This document shows, piece after piece, positions 13,375-28,870 of a DNA stretch of 64,000 nucleotides. The translations under genes were made by a program, and so were the position numbers. Origin of the DNA: the human T2T-CHM13v2.0 reference genome, Homo sapiens; contig CP068257.2 of assembly GCA_009914755.4 (NCBI GenBank), forward strand, positions 31,168,001 through 31,232,000. Direction: 5' to 3'. Below the pieces are notes generated by a model, which saw only the letters and a list, made by a program, of their open reading frames with translations, was not told the origin of the DNA and searched no databases. Positions within the stretch are counted from its first letter, which is position 1. Every line of letters begins with the position of its first letter.

Positions 13375-14107
13375 AAATCTTGCTAATTAAAAGCACTAGG
13401 AGTCTGGAGCAATTGATTTGTAATTACCCAGATACAGATTCTCCAATATGTTAAAGAAGAGAGCACCTCAGTAGGGAAATTTATTCATTCATTTATTTAT
13501 TATTCATCTACTGAATCCTTACCACACACATGCACTGTGCCAGGAGATTTAAGGGGCACAGAGATCAATGTCATGGTTCTTGTCTTTAAGGAAGTTATAC
13601 TATAGGAGGGGCAATTATGTAAGTTGCATCTGGGAAATGTTTGAAGGGAGATACAGACACAATGCAGGGGAATCCCAGTGAAGGTCGGCCTTTGCCAGGG
13701 AGACTGGTGAAGTCCTTGGGGAGAGGTAGTTTTGGATCTAGGCCTTAAGGGATGGCTGAGATCTGCATGGTCAGATGTGGGGGAAAGGACAACGATCTCT
13801 CATGGAGTGATTATTTGATGAACTGCGGATCCAAGCTGATGGATATATCCTTCCTCCTTTCTGCACCCAGAGAGCCTGGCACAAATGGCTTCTCGGTGGC
13901 CCACAGGATAAAGGAACTCAAGTAATTAAGAAAATTGCTGGAGCAAAGGTTTGGAGGTGGAAGAGTCCCAGGCCTATTCAGCCATTTGGAAAGCCAGTGA
14001 ATCACAGCCAGAATAAAGGGAATTGAGAATAGAGAGAGGCTGCTATTGTTGGGTGATCAGTTTCAGCAAAGCACATATATGAATTCTACCATGTAAGAAT
14101 AGCAAAG

Positions 14108-14262
14108 TGGATCTTGGTTCAAACCTTGAGTCTGTTACCTTCTTGCACATTATTTAAACTTTATAAGCCTCAGTTTCCTTATCTATAAAGTGGGTATAAT
14201 AATACTTTGTTGAAAGGTAGAGCTGAGGAAAAAATGAGATAATATATGTGCACTGGATGCCT
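14108..14262 (+). mobile_element. MIR SINE fragment
   Basis: ggttcaaaccttgagtctgttaccttcttgcacattatttaaactttataagcctcagtttccttatctataaagtgggtataataatactttgttgaaaggtagagctgagg matches the MIR core (gcctcagtttcctcatctgtaaaatggggataataatagtacc). Confidence 0.6.
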
Positions 14263-14951
14263 GAAGATGAGGGAGGGAAAGGCTGGCCAACAATACACCG
14301 AATACCCCAACTTTCCAGAGCAACTGTGGCTAATCCAATGGTTTGGCGTACTCAACCTCTATTTCAACATCTTTCTGTCTTGCCTGCCTCTACTGTAGAG
14401 ACTGGAAATCTCTATTATTCAACACAACAGAGTCTCTTGAAGCTGAGGTTTCAGATGGGATTTAAGTTTTATTATTTATACTTGATTCAGAATGAAGTCA
14501 CGTGGAGAGAGGATCCTGAGACTTTGGGAATGAATTAAGTGAGAAGAGAGAGGAGAGTACTGGGAATCTCTTGCTGGCCAGGGTCTCAGCAGATATGGCA
14601 TGGTCTGTTGTGGGGGTGGCCTTCTGACTGAGTTGTTGACTGGTTGTGGCCAATATGGCATGGCTCAAGAGCTGAGGACTGTGGCACTAACTTCCTGTTG
14701 GAGAATGTGGCCTCTTAATTCAGCAACTTCCTGGTTGTGGATGAGGTAGTAGCTCCCCATGATGGTTCAATTCTATGGTGACTTTCAGAGTTCAGTCTAG
14801 AATCCATTTCTTCAGTCCTTCCAATGACTCAAGGCAGTATCTGTATATCTGAAGAAATTCCTGGTTTAAACCAGCTAGAGTAGACTCTGTTGCCTGTAAC
14901 CAAGAACCCTGAATTATATACTAGTGCCTTAATTCTGTCCAATACAAGGTG

Positions 14952-15350
14952 ACAGAGTTTGGATATATGTCCCCGCCCAAATATCATGTGGAATTGTAAT
15001 CCCCAATGTTGGAGGTGGGGCCTGGTGGGAGATGATTGGATCATGAGGGTGGATTTCTCATGAATGCTTGATGCTGTCCTCACGATAGTGAGTTCTCATG
15101 AGATCTGGTTGTTTAAAAGTGTGTGGCACTTCCCCACACCTACTCCTGCTTTCCCCATGGGACACACCTGCTCCCCATTCACCTTCTCCACGATTGTAAG
15201 TTTCCTGAGGCCTCTTCAGAAGCCAAGCAGATGCTGCTATGCTTCCTGTACAGCCCACACAACCATGAGACAATTAAACCTCTTTTCTTTATAAATTACC
15301 CGGTCTCAGGTATTTCTTTATAGCAAGGCGAGAATGGCCTACTATACAAG
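14952..15350 (+). mobile_element. MaLR solo LTR, THE1/MST-type
   Basis: tgacagagtttggatatatgtccccgcccaaatatcatgtggaattgtaatccccaatgttggaggtggggcctggtgggag...cttttctttataaattacccggtctcaggtatttctttatagcaaggcgagaatggcctactatacaag. Confidence 0.8.
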
Positions 15351-15996
15351 GTAAGTGGAAGTTTGCTGGTACTGTCTCTTCTACTTCTTTATTTTAATGA
15401 CTAAGATAAACAGCATAAGGTATTTAGTGTAAACTGAGCACAAATAAGGCAGCCAGTAATGGTAGCTACTATATTGATTACTCTTTGTGACTTTCTCTAT
15501 TTATGACTCGGATGCCTTCCAGGACCTCTTGCTTAGTGGGGTTCCTGGCTGAAGGCAAAGAGTGTGAAGAGCCAGGTACTTCCCTGGAAACTTGAAGGCC
15601 AAACATGCAGCTGCTGATGGAATGTGGCTGGGGCCCTGTGTATGGCATGTTAAACATTTACCCCAGGTTTTATATCTCCCTGTCTTTTTAAAGCATTTAC
15701 TTCCACTGGCTCTTTGTGTTAACCGGTCACATAGTTTAAGTTGATTTAGCAGCAATGAGTATTGGGAAGGTTAATAAAACCACACCTCAGACTGCCTGTT
15801 TTGTTCAGCTGTGGAGCCAACGGGTGGTGGACAAGTGTTTGTTCACAATGAGATGGAATTCTAGCTTTGTCCTTGACCAATTTTGTTTTCTTTCTCCGTT
15901 TTATTTTTTATCATAAAAGCAATGCAGTTTTTCTGATAGCACATTCAGATAATATCCAATGTATTAAGCAAAAGTGAAAATCCACACCCCCCTCTA

Positions 15997-16449
<453 letters not shown>

Positions 16450-18515
16450 TCATCTGGATTCTCTACCACCCCCTACTTAACTGCCTCCAAATCACTACCA
16501 GTGTCTTCTATAAGTGTTTCTTCCATCTGGGGCAGGAGTCATCTCAGGGTCTCTCTTTCCTTCCCAACTTCCCTTCCCCTTCCTTCTTTGGCAACTTTAA
16601 CATCTGTATTCTCAGCTCACTGCAGGCCGTCAGCACTCATGTCCTCACCTCATGGCCTTGCTGGGCCCCAGAGCTTGTGCAGGGCTCTATGTGTGTTCCT
16701 TCTCCCTGCTCCATCCTCACAGTGTCTCTAGATATCAGCGCCTCTGGCTTTACCTCTTCCATCCACCCTCAGCTCCCTGCCCTGCTGCATCCACACTGCC
16801 CTGACCCCTACCGAGGTGACCCCTACCTATGACCTTTGCCCTCTGCAAAGTCCACTCTGGGTCCTCTCATGGTCTGCTTCCTCAGCATCCACTTTAGGGT
16901 ACAGGCACTCATGGAGAAAATGCAGAGAACTAAGAATTCCTAATGCTTGGTTTCCTGAGAACCCCTGATGTGATCCCGGAAGTCTTCCAGCGGTTCTGGC
17001 CCAGTGGCTGCAATAACTCTTCTCCACTTGTGTCAGATACTCACTGCTGTCACAGCATCCCTGGCCTCGTGAGAAGGCCTTGCATCTGAGAGGAGCCAGG
17101 AATCGTACCAGGGCTTTCTTACCATCCTGCTCACACCTATATACTCCTTAGAACATGAACATCTTGGATCAGACACCTCGTAAGCACTGCCTCAGCTCCT
17201 TTCAGCCACACCTGTCTTTGATTCCAGCCGCCACTGTAGTGACAGTTCTGCCATGAGCCTGACCAGCTGCATGTAGAACTAACTTGCAAGCACCTCTCAC
17301 CTCCCATCCGAAGCCTTCTCTGTCATCTCTGCAGCCTGGGACAGACACTGCAAACACTCCTTAGTAGTCTCATGAATGCAACCTGAAGTTCCGGGGACTT
17401 AATGCCTCCATGGAGTGATCCTTTGACCAATGGGGGATTCCTCCTTTCTCAATCCAGGCAGACAGTCCTGAGATGCGTGCCTTGTGGCTTCTCAGGTGGT
17501 TCACAGAATCAAGCAGTAACTTACCTTGCGCTGCCCCTCACCGCTTCCCTCTCCCTCACTCTTGCTTCTAGGGATAGCAGTTCCCAATACAGTGCTTGCA
17601 TATATGTATATATATGCTTTTCTGATGTTCTACTCTCTGGGAAAATCAGGCTAAGCCACATTCTTTCTTCTTTCCAGATTCTAAAATAAATTCTTCTACC
17701 TGTGAGCTAAAAGCAGCCCTTCCCAACTCCTGCGTTTCTTCTCTAGTGATGGCCTCATCTCTTCCAATAAGTAGAATCTTGATCTTGATAGTTTTAAGAA
17801 ATGTATCCTTAGAGCTTCGAAAATCCCTCTTTTCAGAGTACCCCTCATATGGAATTACCTCCATAAAATGATGGGAAGAATACCTGAAGCATCGAAGTGA
17901 TATCTTCAGTCCCTTAGATGGTTTTTAAAGAACTAAAGTAGTCATCATACATCATCTTAGTGGCGACATTACCCATGGGCTTATCTGAATCTACAAAGCA
18001 GCGGAGTCCCTCTCACTTCATGATAGTTACAGCACATACGATTAGCAGAGAATAACAAAGGCATGATATGATACAGATGTTGGGCAGCTAGCGAGGCATG
18101 CTCTCCAAATAAGTGACTCACTCTTGTGCGGCAGTTCCTCAGCGGATGTGATTCCAGTGTGTGCCTTGGCAAAATTTAGAAATTACAACATGGTTTGGCC
18201 CATAGAGGTTGATGACAAATGGTAAGAACCATAGAGATTAAAGCATAAATATCAGGAATATCCTGTACTTTCTATCTCTTAATCCCTGCTGTCTGTTCTT
18301 TGGACTTCAGATGTGCAAGGCCTCCTCATTCTGAAATGCAGAAAGTGTCACTTGACTCTGTAGTGCCACTTAGGTGTCATTTCACTGTTGCACAGATCTA
18401 CTGGAACTTCACTCTCCAAGTCCTCTCACAACTTGCTTGGCCTTACTGTACTTCTCTTATTTGTGGCACCTGACTATTAGCCAACCTTTCCTTGGTCTTC
18501 CACTGTCATGCATGA

Positions 18516-18913
<398 letters not shown>

Positions 18914-19423
18914 CTATTTTTCTTTTCTTGAGCAGCACCTAAAGTGTTGTCCTTAACCCTGCTCTTCTTCATGAGTTCTAGTCACTTGTTTCAGTTATAT
19001 GAAGGTCACCCCCGCTTGGAGAATAAACTCAACACAGACTATTAGAAATAAGAGGGCTGTCTTATTGACACTTACTTGTAATCTATCCTCAGTTTGAATG
19101 CTTCCAGAGATGAAAGGCTTGCCTCCTCACACAGCAGCATTTTTTTCATTTTTGGAGAGCTCTATTATGTAAAATAATTTCTTATGTATGGCTAAATCTG
19201 TCTCCTGGGAATTTTGAGACATTGGCTGTTTTTCCGCCCTTAAGAGTAACACTGAAAAATCTTCCCTCTTCTTTCTGATAACACTTAGCAATGCTCTTTT
19301 GGCTCCTGTGAAGCTTTTCTGAGTCCCAAAGTCTCTCAGACCCCAAGCCTTAGAAACATTTTGACTCTTCCTTCTTTAATCCAAGAGCCAACAAATCATC
19401 AAATACTGGAAATTGTAGTTTGA

Positions 19424-19781
<358 letters not shown>

Positions 19782-19994
19782 AGCAATAAATAACAACTTC
19801 TCTCAACTTAATTTAGAGAGCTAATTCAATAGTGATTTTAAAAATCCAATGGAAATTGATACAAATATCGAAGGAGTTGATACAAGTATTCTGAAGTTCA
19901 ATGAGATAATAAAGAAAATATTCAAAATATGAAGAATAATAAGGGGGGATTAGTCATTTGACTTATTAAAACAAAATGATACTTTGGTAGGTTG

Positions 19995-20285
19995 ATGTGG
20001 GTGGATCACTTGAGACCAGGAGTTCAAGACCAACCTGGCCAACATGGCAAAACCCTGTCTCTACTAAAAATTCAAAAATTGGCTTGGTGTGGTGGCATGC
20101 ACCTGGTACCGCAGCCATTTGGGAGGCTGAGGCACTAGAATCCTTGAACCAGGAGTTGGAGGTGGCAATGAGCTGAGATCCACCACTGAACTGCAGCCTG
20201 GGCAATAGAGCAAGGCTCTGTCAAAAAAAACAAAAAACAAAAAACAAAACAAAAAAAACCCACCAAAACACAAAAATCAAAATGG
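19995..20285 (+). mobile_element. Alu, 5'-truncated, with long A/CAAAA-rich tail
   Basis: gtgggtggatcacttgagaccaggagttcaagaccaacctggccaacatggcaaaaccctgtctctactaaaaattcaaaaattggc...gcagcctgggcaatagagcaaggctctgtcaaaaaaaacaaaaaacaaaaaac. Confidence 0.8.
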
Positions 20286-20337
20286 CAGTCACTGAAATAG
20301 TGCAGTACTGACATGAACAGAGACAGACTGTAACCAC

Positions 20338-20440
20338 AGGTGGCGGTGCACACCTGTAGTCTCAGCTATTTGGGATAATCACTGGAGCCCAAGAGCTCGA
20401 GGCCAGCCTGAACAACACAGTGAGACCCTGTGTCTGAAAA
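20338..20440 (+). mobile_element. Alu fragment / monomer-like piece
   Basis: ggtggcggtgcacacctgtagtctcagctatttgggat...gagctcgaggccagcctgaacaacacagtgagaccctgtgtctgaaaaatg. Confidence 0.55.
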
Positions 20441-21020
20441 ATGTTGTTTTGAATTGATATATAAAAGAAGAAAATATATATTACTGAGGAGATTAAGGAT
20501 TACTCAGCAATAATTTGGAATCACTGGCTATGAATTTGGAGGAAAATGCAAATATAGATTGTCACTATATATGGAATGAAGTCTATATGGGATTAATAAA
20601 TTCTTAAAAATAAAATCATAGGAAAATGAGGTAAAAATTAATTGAATAGTAAATAAACTTTTAAGATAAGAAGTACAGGTTAAGTTTCCCTTATCCAAAA
20701 TATTTGGGACCAGAAGTGTTTTGGATTTCAGATGCTCTTTGGATTTTGAAATATTTGCATGTACATAATGAGAGATATAAGGGGATGGGGCCCAAATCTA
20801 AACAGGACATTTATTTATGTTTCAAATACACCTGATACACATAGCCTGAAAGTTATTTTATACAATATTTAAAATAATGTTTTGCATGAAACACAGTTTG
20901 TATACATTGAACCATCTGAAAGCAAGTGTCACTATCTCAGCCACCCGTGTGGGCATTGCTGTTTGGTATCACTGTTATTCCAGACTCTGAATATATATGC
21001 TAGTGATAAAAATCATTTTT

Positions 21021-21348
<328 letters not shown>

Positions 21349-21377
21349 TCATTTTCTTACACTTATTTGCATGAGTA

Positions 21378-22507
21378 CTGATCAGTAGAAAATATGGCAT
21401 GCCATCCAGTACCATTCAGGACCACATGGGCAAGGACTTCATGACTAAAACACTGAAAGCAATGGCAACAAAAGCCAAAATAGACAAATGGGACCTAATT
21501 AAACAAAGAGCTTCTGCACAGCAAAAGAAACTACCATGAGACTGAACAGGCAACCTACAGAATGGGAGAAAATTTTGCAATCTACCCATCTGACAAAGGG
21601 CTAATATCCAGAATCTACAAAGAACTCAAAAAAATTTACAATAAAAAAACAAGCAACCACATCAAAAAGTGGGCAAAGGATATGAACAGACACTTCTCAA
21701 AAGAAGACATTTATGCAGCCAGCAGACACATGATGATGTGCTCATCATCACTGGTCATCAGAGAAATGCAAATCAAAACCACAATGGGATACCATATCAC
21801 ACCAGTTAGAAATGCAATCATTAAAAAGTCAGGAAACAACAGATGCTGGAGAGGATGTGGAGAAATAGGAAAGCTTTTACACTGTCGGTGGGAGTGTAAA
21901 TTAGTTCAACCATTGTGGAAGACAGTGTGGTGATTCCTAGAGGATCTAGAACTAGAATTATCATTTGACCCAGCAATCCCATTACTGGGTATATACCCAA
22001 AGGATTGTAAATCATGCTACTATAAAGACACATGCACACGTATGTTTATTGTGGCACTATTCACAATAGCAAAGACTTGGAACCAACCCGAATGTCCATC
22101 AGTGATAGACTGGATTAAGAAAATGTGGCACATATACACCGTGGAATACTATGCAGCCATAAAAAAGGATGAGTTCATGCCCTTTGCAGGGACATGGATG
22201 AAGCTAGAAACCATCATTCTGAGCAAACTATCGCAAGGACAGAAAACCATACACTGCATGTTCTCACTCATAGATGGGAACTGAACAATGAGATCACTTG
22301 GACACAGGGTGGGGAACATCACACACTGGGGCCTGTCAGGGGGTGGGGGGTTGGGGGAGGGATAGCATTAGGAGAAATACCTAATGTAAATGATGACTTG
22401 ATGGGTGTAGAAAACCAACATGGCACATGTATACCTATGTACCAAACCTGCAAGTTGTGCACATGTACCCTAGAACTTAAAGTATAATAAAAAGTAAATA
22501 AATAAAA
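21378..22507 (+). mobile_element. L1 (young primate L1PA-like) 3' end: ORF2 C-terminus plus 3'UTR, 5'-truncated
   Basis: Translation gives [25 protein letters not shown]...[20 protein letters not shown]...[37 protein letters not shown]...IYPKDCKSCYYKDTCTRMFIVALFTIAKTWNQPECPSVIDWIKKMWHIYTVEYYAAIKKDEFMPFAGTWMKLETIILSKLSQGQKTIHCMFSLIDGN (L1 ORF2 end, with stops and frameshifts). It is followed by ggggcctgtcagggggtggggggttgggggagggatagcattaggagaaatacctaatgtaaatgatga... and an A-rich tail. Confidence 0.9.
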
Positions 22508-23145
22508 CATGGAATGCCATCAATGCAGTGAAAACATAATGTGTTCAGGGCAACCAAGCTGCTCAGTAGCATCCCTGGAATAGCTGAATCAGCTGCTTAA
22601 CAGCAGTAGCAACAAACAACAGCAGGTTTTCAGGCTCCACCTACGATGCTGTGTTTTGATGAAAAGGTTACTGTGCACTGTATTTTATTTTTTTAGATGA
22701 GAAGAAACTTCAGAAGCAATTGAGAGACCAGGAAGTGGGTCCTCTGGGGCTCAGGAGGCATTCTGATGGATGGCTTTTAAAGATGTTTCCTCCAGAATCA
22801 ACTGCCTCGTTAAAGCATAAATGTCAAGCGTAAATTGTTCTTGTCTTAGAAGTCTCTCTTTGACTTTATAAACCTGATATGATTTATTGTTCTGTTATGA
22901 ATGCGTGGTGCTCTAGTCCTTCAATGAGCCCATCACACGTTTTCATTATGTCGTCTAGAGGCAATTTTTCTGCAGTGTTAACTATGTTATCTTCAGCATT
23001 GTGCACCTGCATTTTGACTGCGACCCATCACACGAAGTCAGGTGAGAAATCTTCCACTTGTGGCATCATGTTGGTGCTTAAAATTTTCAGATTTTGGAGT
23101 ATTTTGGATGTGAAATTTTAAGATTAGGGATGCTCAGCCTGTCAT

Positions 23146-23767
23146 AGATGGTGCAGCCACCTCGGAAAACAGTCTGACAGTTCCTTGAAAGGTTAAAGAT
23201 AGAGTTACCATATGACCAGGCAATTCCACTGGGAGGTATGTACCCAAGAGAAGTGAAATACATGTTCACACAAAAACTTGTACATGAATGTTCATAGCAA
23301 CATTATTCATCATACCCCAAAGTGGTGACAACCCATGTCCATCAACTGATGAATAGATAAATAAAATGTGGTATATCCACACAATGGAATATTATTCAGC
23401 ACCGAAAAAGAATGATGTACTGATACATACTGCCACATGGATAAACCTTGAAACATTATCTAAGTGCAAAATGCCAGTGTGAAAGCACCACATATGGTAT
23501 GATTTCATTTATATGAAATGTCCAGAATAGGAAAATCCATAGAGACAGAAAATAGATTGGTGATTTCCTAGGGCTGGAGGTGAGATGAAATGGGGAATGA
23601 CTGCTAATGGGCATGGGTTTATTTTTGGGGTGATGAAAAGCTTCTAAAATTGATTGTGGTGATGGTTACACAATTCTGTGAATACACTAAAACCAACGAA
23701 GTTTGCACTTTACATGGGTGAATTGTGTAGTATTTGAATTATGTCTCATTAAAGCTGTAAAGAAGAA
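23146..23767 (+). mobile_element. L1M (older mammalian L1, L1MA/MB-like) 3' end
   Basis: atggtgcagccacctcggaaaacagtctgacagttccttgaaaggttaaagatagagttaccatatgaccaggcaattccactgggaggtatgtacccaagagaagtgaaatacatgttcacacaaaaacttgtacatgaatgttcatagcaacattattcat...atgtccagaataggaaaatccatagagacagaaaatagattggtgatttcctagggctggaggtgag...ctcattaaagctgtaaagaag. Confidence 0.75.
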
Positions 23768-24169
23768 GTAATTGAAGAAATCAGAAAGGAAATGTATTAG
23801 ATAAACAGAACTGATAGGCTATATATAGATGTAAAGAAAGGGATTTATTATGAGGGATTAGCTCACATAATTGTGGAGGCTGAGAAGTCCCTCCATCTGC
23901 CATTTGGAAGTTGAAGGTCCAGGAAAGCCAGTGGTATAGTTTCAGTCCCAGCCCAAAAGCCTGAGACCCAGAGGAACCAATGATGTGAGTCTAAGTCTGA
24001 GCCCAAAGACCCGAGAAGCTGGAGAGCTGATGTCCAAGGGCAGAAGAAGACGGATGTCCCAGCTGAAGCAGAGAGAGCCAATTCACCCTTCCTCCATCAG
24101 CTATTTGCTTGTTAATCCTGATTGTGCAAATAGCTCAGTGTGCAAAATATATGTCTAAGAGGGAGAGGA

Positions 24170-24644
<475 letters not shown>

Positions 24645-25404
24645 CTAGCTGCCTACTAAAGGACGGGTGCCTGGAATCCACTGACAGTTTCACATACGGT
24701 GTGTTCTGGGGCATCAGCCACCTAGCTGGGGAGAGGGCCCTGGCTCAGAAGACTATGAGGGTGCACAGGAATAACTGGGGCTCCGTCACCCAAGGGAGGG
24801 TGCCTGTAGGACTCAGTTTAAGGGACAGTTTCAACCTCCTGGTGCCATCTTTCACTTATGTCCCACACTTCCAGTTAGTCTTGTGCCTCATCTAAATAAC
24901 CACACCCTGATATTTGCCAAACTGGACCATGAGCATCCCCTCAGATTCTGCTTCAAACCATAGCTGAGCAGGCAACTCCGTATAGGCCCCAAGGCATGTG
25001 TATTTCTGATCAAGTCCTCCACCTACCGGTGACACTTGATTCTCACGTCCCTAGGGTTTACCAACAACACTTGTCTTTCCAGACTGTTCTATTAGAGTGT
25101 ATGCTGACACTCCTCCATAACGACAACAACAAAAAATTAATGCCTGTTAGAGGCGCTATCCATGAAGCAGCAACAGGAGACTGACTGCTTTTGCTATGAG
25201 CCAGAGTCTGATGTGATAAAACCAGAAACAAAAACCAGCCTCTTGTCTTGGTGAAAAAGGGGGCCACTAGGCAAAAGGATGGCGAGAAAGGCCACCTGCA
25301 TTCCTCATTCAAATTCTTCCTCATTCCTTGATTTCTCTCAACAGGTAGCCATCAAATCTGAGATTCGGTGTTGTTATAAATCTCTTCAAGAATATTGGGG
25401 AAGA

Positions 25405-25756
<352 letters not shown>

Positions 25757-26849
25757 CTACCCCTTGTGTGACTTGCTCAAAATAATGTTATTACAAACTC
25801 ATGGAATATTACTGGCTTTAGGCGATGACACAGTTGCAGTAATGTTCTGATTTGATTATTCAGAAATGAAATTTATGGTTTAAATTTCATCCAGGATTTA
25901 TAGAATTTAAAAAAGTTATTCTTCAGTATTTGAAATACCACTTTGCCAAAGCAGAAAAGCCATAAATGTGTTAAACTGGCTAAGAAAATTAAGATGGCAG
26001 TAATACATTTTCTAATAAAAATCATAGCATAATAGCAAAATTACTGCGGAAAACCACAGTTATTGTGGCAAAGACATAAAATGTTACAGCTGCAATAATA
26101 TGCTATTTGTTTTGGCAGGAGAATAAGAATACTGTACATTGCAGTTTTTCAATATTGGAAAAACATAAGAAAATACTATAAACTTAAAAGACTATTTTTT
26201 AAAAATGAAGAAGTGCATGAATGATTTTAAATTTTGAGCATATAAAAGAGTCTTGCTGCAAAGTCTATTGAACTCCTGAGAAGACTCTGTTTTGCTGTTT
26301 CTGATTTGCCAGTATCCTACCAGAAAACTATGCCTCCCAATAGAAAAAGAACACATAATCCTGTCTGTATTTGAGGGTTCAAGCCTGGAGATTCCGCCCC
26401 CTTGGTCGGTTGATTTTTATTGGAAACCCAAGATGCACCTGCCTGTGGAATGCATTTCAGAATGTGGAAGTACAGCAGGAAGAAAGCAGACAAGAACACA
26501 ATCCCATGGTATTCTTGGTTAGGGACAGCTTGGGGGTCAGTGGGGGAGACATACACAGATTAAATGATTAATAGAGTAATTCAGCTTATTTACATTAGTC
26601 TGGTTTTTTACATGAGGGGCTCACAAATTCTTAATTTGTCCTTTCTTTATTATATTTTTCTTTTTTGCTATCTTTCAATATTGATTATCCATTTCTTCCC
26701 TTAATTACTAGACTTTCTGAACTTTTAAAAACATATATCTTCCAACTGGAAAGTATCTGTCCCTTATAACAACTACCAGTACTACTCATAAAACAACAAA
26801 AACCCATATAGCACTTAATAAGTGTCAGTCAGTATTTTAAACAGTTTAT

Positions 26850-27022
26850 GCATATTATTCATTTAATCCTCTCAATGACCCTGTGAGAAGGTGCCATTAT
26901 TCTCCTTATTTTTCATACGTGGAAAGTAAAGAGTAGGGAGAAACTGTCCAAGCTCACACAGCTAGTAAGTCATAGAGCTGAGACTGGAACCCAGATAGCC
27001 TGGCCCCAGAGTCCTTCACTAT
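26850..27022 (-). mobile_element. MIR SINE fragment (antisense)
   Basis: atttaatcctctcaatgaccctgtgagaaggtgccattattctccttatttttcatacgtggaaagtaaagagtagggagaaactgtccaagctcacacagctagtaagtcatagagctgagactggaacccagatagcctgg matches the reverse complement of MIR (atttaatcctcacaacaaccctatgaggtaggtactattattatccccattttacagatgaggaaactgaggc...ccaaggtcacacagctagtaagtggcagagccgggattcgaacccag). Confidence 0.7.
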
Positions 27023-27261
27023 TCTGAATTTATAAAGATATTTTTGATATTTTCTTCCCAAAGTTTTAAAGCTTTCCTTTTCACATTGGAGTTTTAAATC
27101 TATCTATAATTAATTTTGAGTATGGCATGATTTAGGTATAACTTTTTATATGAAAAACTAATTTTCCCAGTTCTATTTATTGATATGCAAATATAAAATG
27201 TCTCTCTTTCTCTCTCTATATATATATCTGAGGTTGTTTTTGAGTGCTTTATATTCTTGCT

Positions 27262-27601
27262 TTGGTCTGAAAATTCACAGGTTGAAATTCTAACTCTTGA
27301 GACGATGGTATTAGAAAGCAGGGCCTTTGGAAGGCGATTACGTCATAAGGGTAGAGCCTTCAGGAATGGGACTTAGTGCCCTTAGAAGAAGCTGAGAGAC
27401 CAGCGTTTTCTCTCTTCCATCATGTGAGGACACAGCAAGAAGGCACCATCTATGAACCAGAAAGTGCCCCTCACCAGACATCAAATCTGCTGGCACCTTG
27501 ATCTTGAACTTCCAGCCTTTAGAACCATGAGGAATAAATGTCTGTTTTTATAAGTCATCCAATAGGTGATGTTTTGTTATAGGGCCTGAGTAGTCTTAGA
27601 C
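27262..27601 (+). mobile_element. MaLR-like LTR, second family
   Basis: ctgaaaattcacaggttgaaattctaactcttgagacgatggtattagaaagcagggcctttggaaggcgattacgtcataagggtagagccttcaggaatgggacttagtgccc...catcatgtgaggacacagcaagaaggcaccatctatgaaccagaaagtgcccctcaccagacatcaaatctgctggcaccttgatcttgaacttccagcctttagaaccatgaggaataaatgtctgtttttataagtcatccaataggtgatgttttgttatagggcctgagtagtcttagaca. Confidence 0.6.
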
Positions 27602-27684
27602 AGTTACAGATGATTCGCTCTCACTGACTGTTGAATATTATTCTAAGTGTGGATATTACACAATTTATTTACCCATTCTACTAT

Positions 27685-28003
27685 TTTAATTTTATTTTTT
27701 TTAATGTTTGAGACAGGATCTTGGTCTGTCACCCAGGCTAGAGTGCAGTGGCACAATCATGGTTCACTGTATCCTCCAACTTCTGGGCTTAAGGGTTCCT
27801 ACCACCTCAACCTCCTGAGTAGCTGGGACTACAAGAATATGCCAACATGCCCAGCTAATTTTTCATCTTTAAAAAAAAATTATTTTGTAGAGTGGGATCT
27901 CACTATGTTGCCCAGGCTAATCTTGAACTCCTGGGCTCAAGCGATCCTTCTGCCTTGGCCTCCTAAAGTGCTGGGATTATAGGCGTGAGCCACTGTACCT
28001 AGT
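27685..28003 (-). mobile_element. Alu (J-like), antisense, 13-bp TSD cccattctactat
   Basis: T-rich tail plus gagacaggatcttggtctgtcacccaggctagagtgcagtggcacaatcatggttcactgtatcctcc...gggattataggcgtgagccactgtacctagtc; cccattctactat occurs on both flanks. Confidence 0.85.
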
Positions 28004-28573
28004 CCCATTCTACTATAGATGGGCATGTGGGTTGTATCCAGTTCTTTTACTATTATAAATAGTGAAGCCATGAACATTCTCCTAAATGTGTTTTGGTGAA
28101 CATGTATATACATTTCTGTTGAGTATACATCCAAGATTGAAATTGCTGGGTCACAGACTACACATATGTTTCTGCTTTAGTAGATGTCGCCTGACAGTTT
28201 TCTAAGGTGGGTGGGCCATTTTACACCCCGACCAGTAGTATATGAGGGTCCCCGTTGTTCCTCACTCTTGCCCACACTTGATAGTGTCTTCTTCCCTTTA
28301 GTCATTCTTGTGTACACAATTGTGGTCCTAGGTGACATTTTCTTGATAACTATTTGAAGGCTATCTTCTTTGTGTGGTGACATAATTGCTCATAATTCTG
28401 CCCATTTTTTTCTTTTGGGTTGTCTGACATTTAATACAAATCGCTTTGTAGGAGTTCGTTATATAATCTGAATGAGTCCTTTGTTGAATACATGTATTTT
28501 AAATATATTCTCCCACTCTGTGGCTTAACTTTTCACTCTTAACACTGTCTTTTGATGAACAAAAGTTTTTAAT

Positions 28574-28870
<297 letters not shown>

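Noticed and set aside
21562-21933. 123-aa ORF with reverse-transcriptase-family tail ([29 protein letters not shown]...)
   Set aside because: This is the C-terminal end of L1 ORF2 in a 5'-truncated 1.1-kb L1 fragment. It has in-frame stops and frameshifts upstream, so it is not an intact or host gene.
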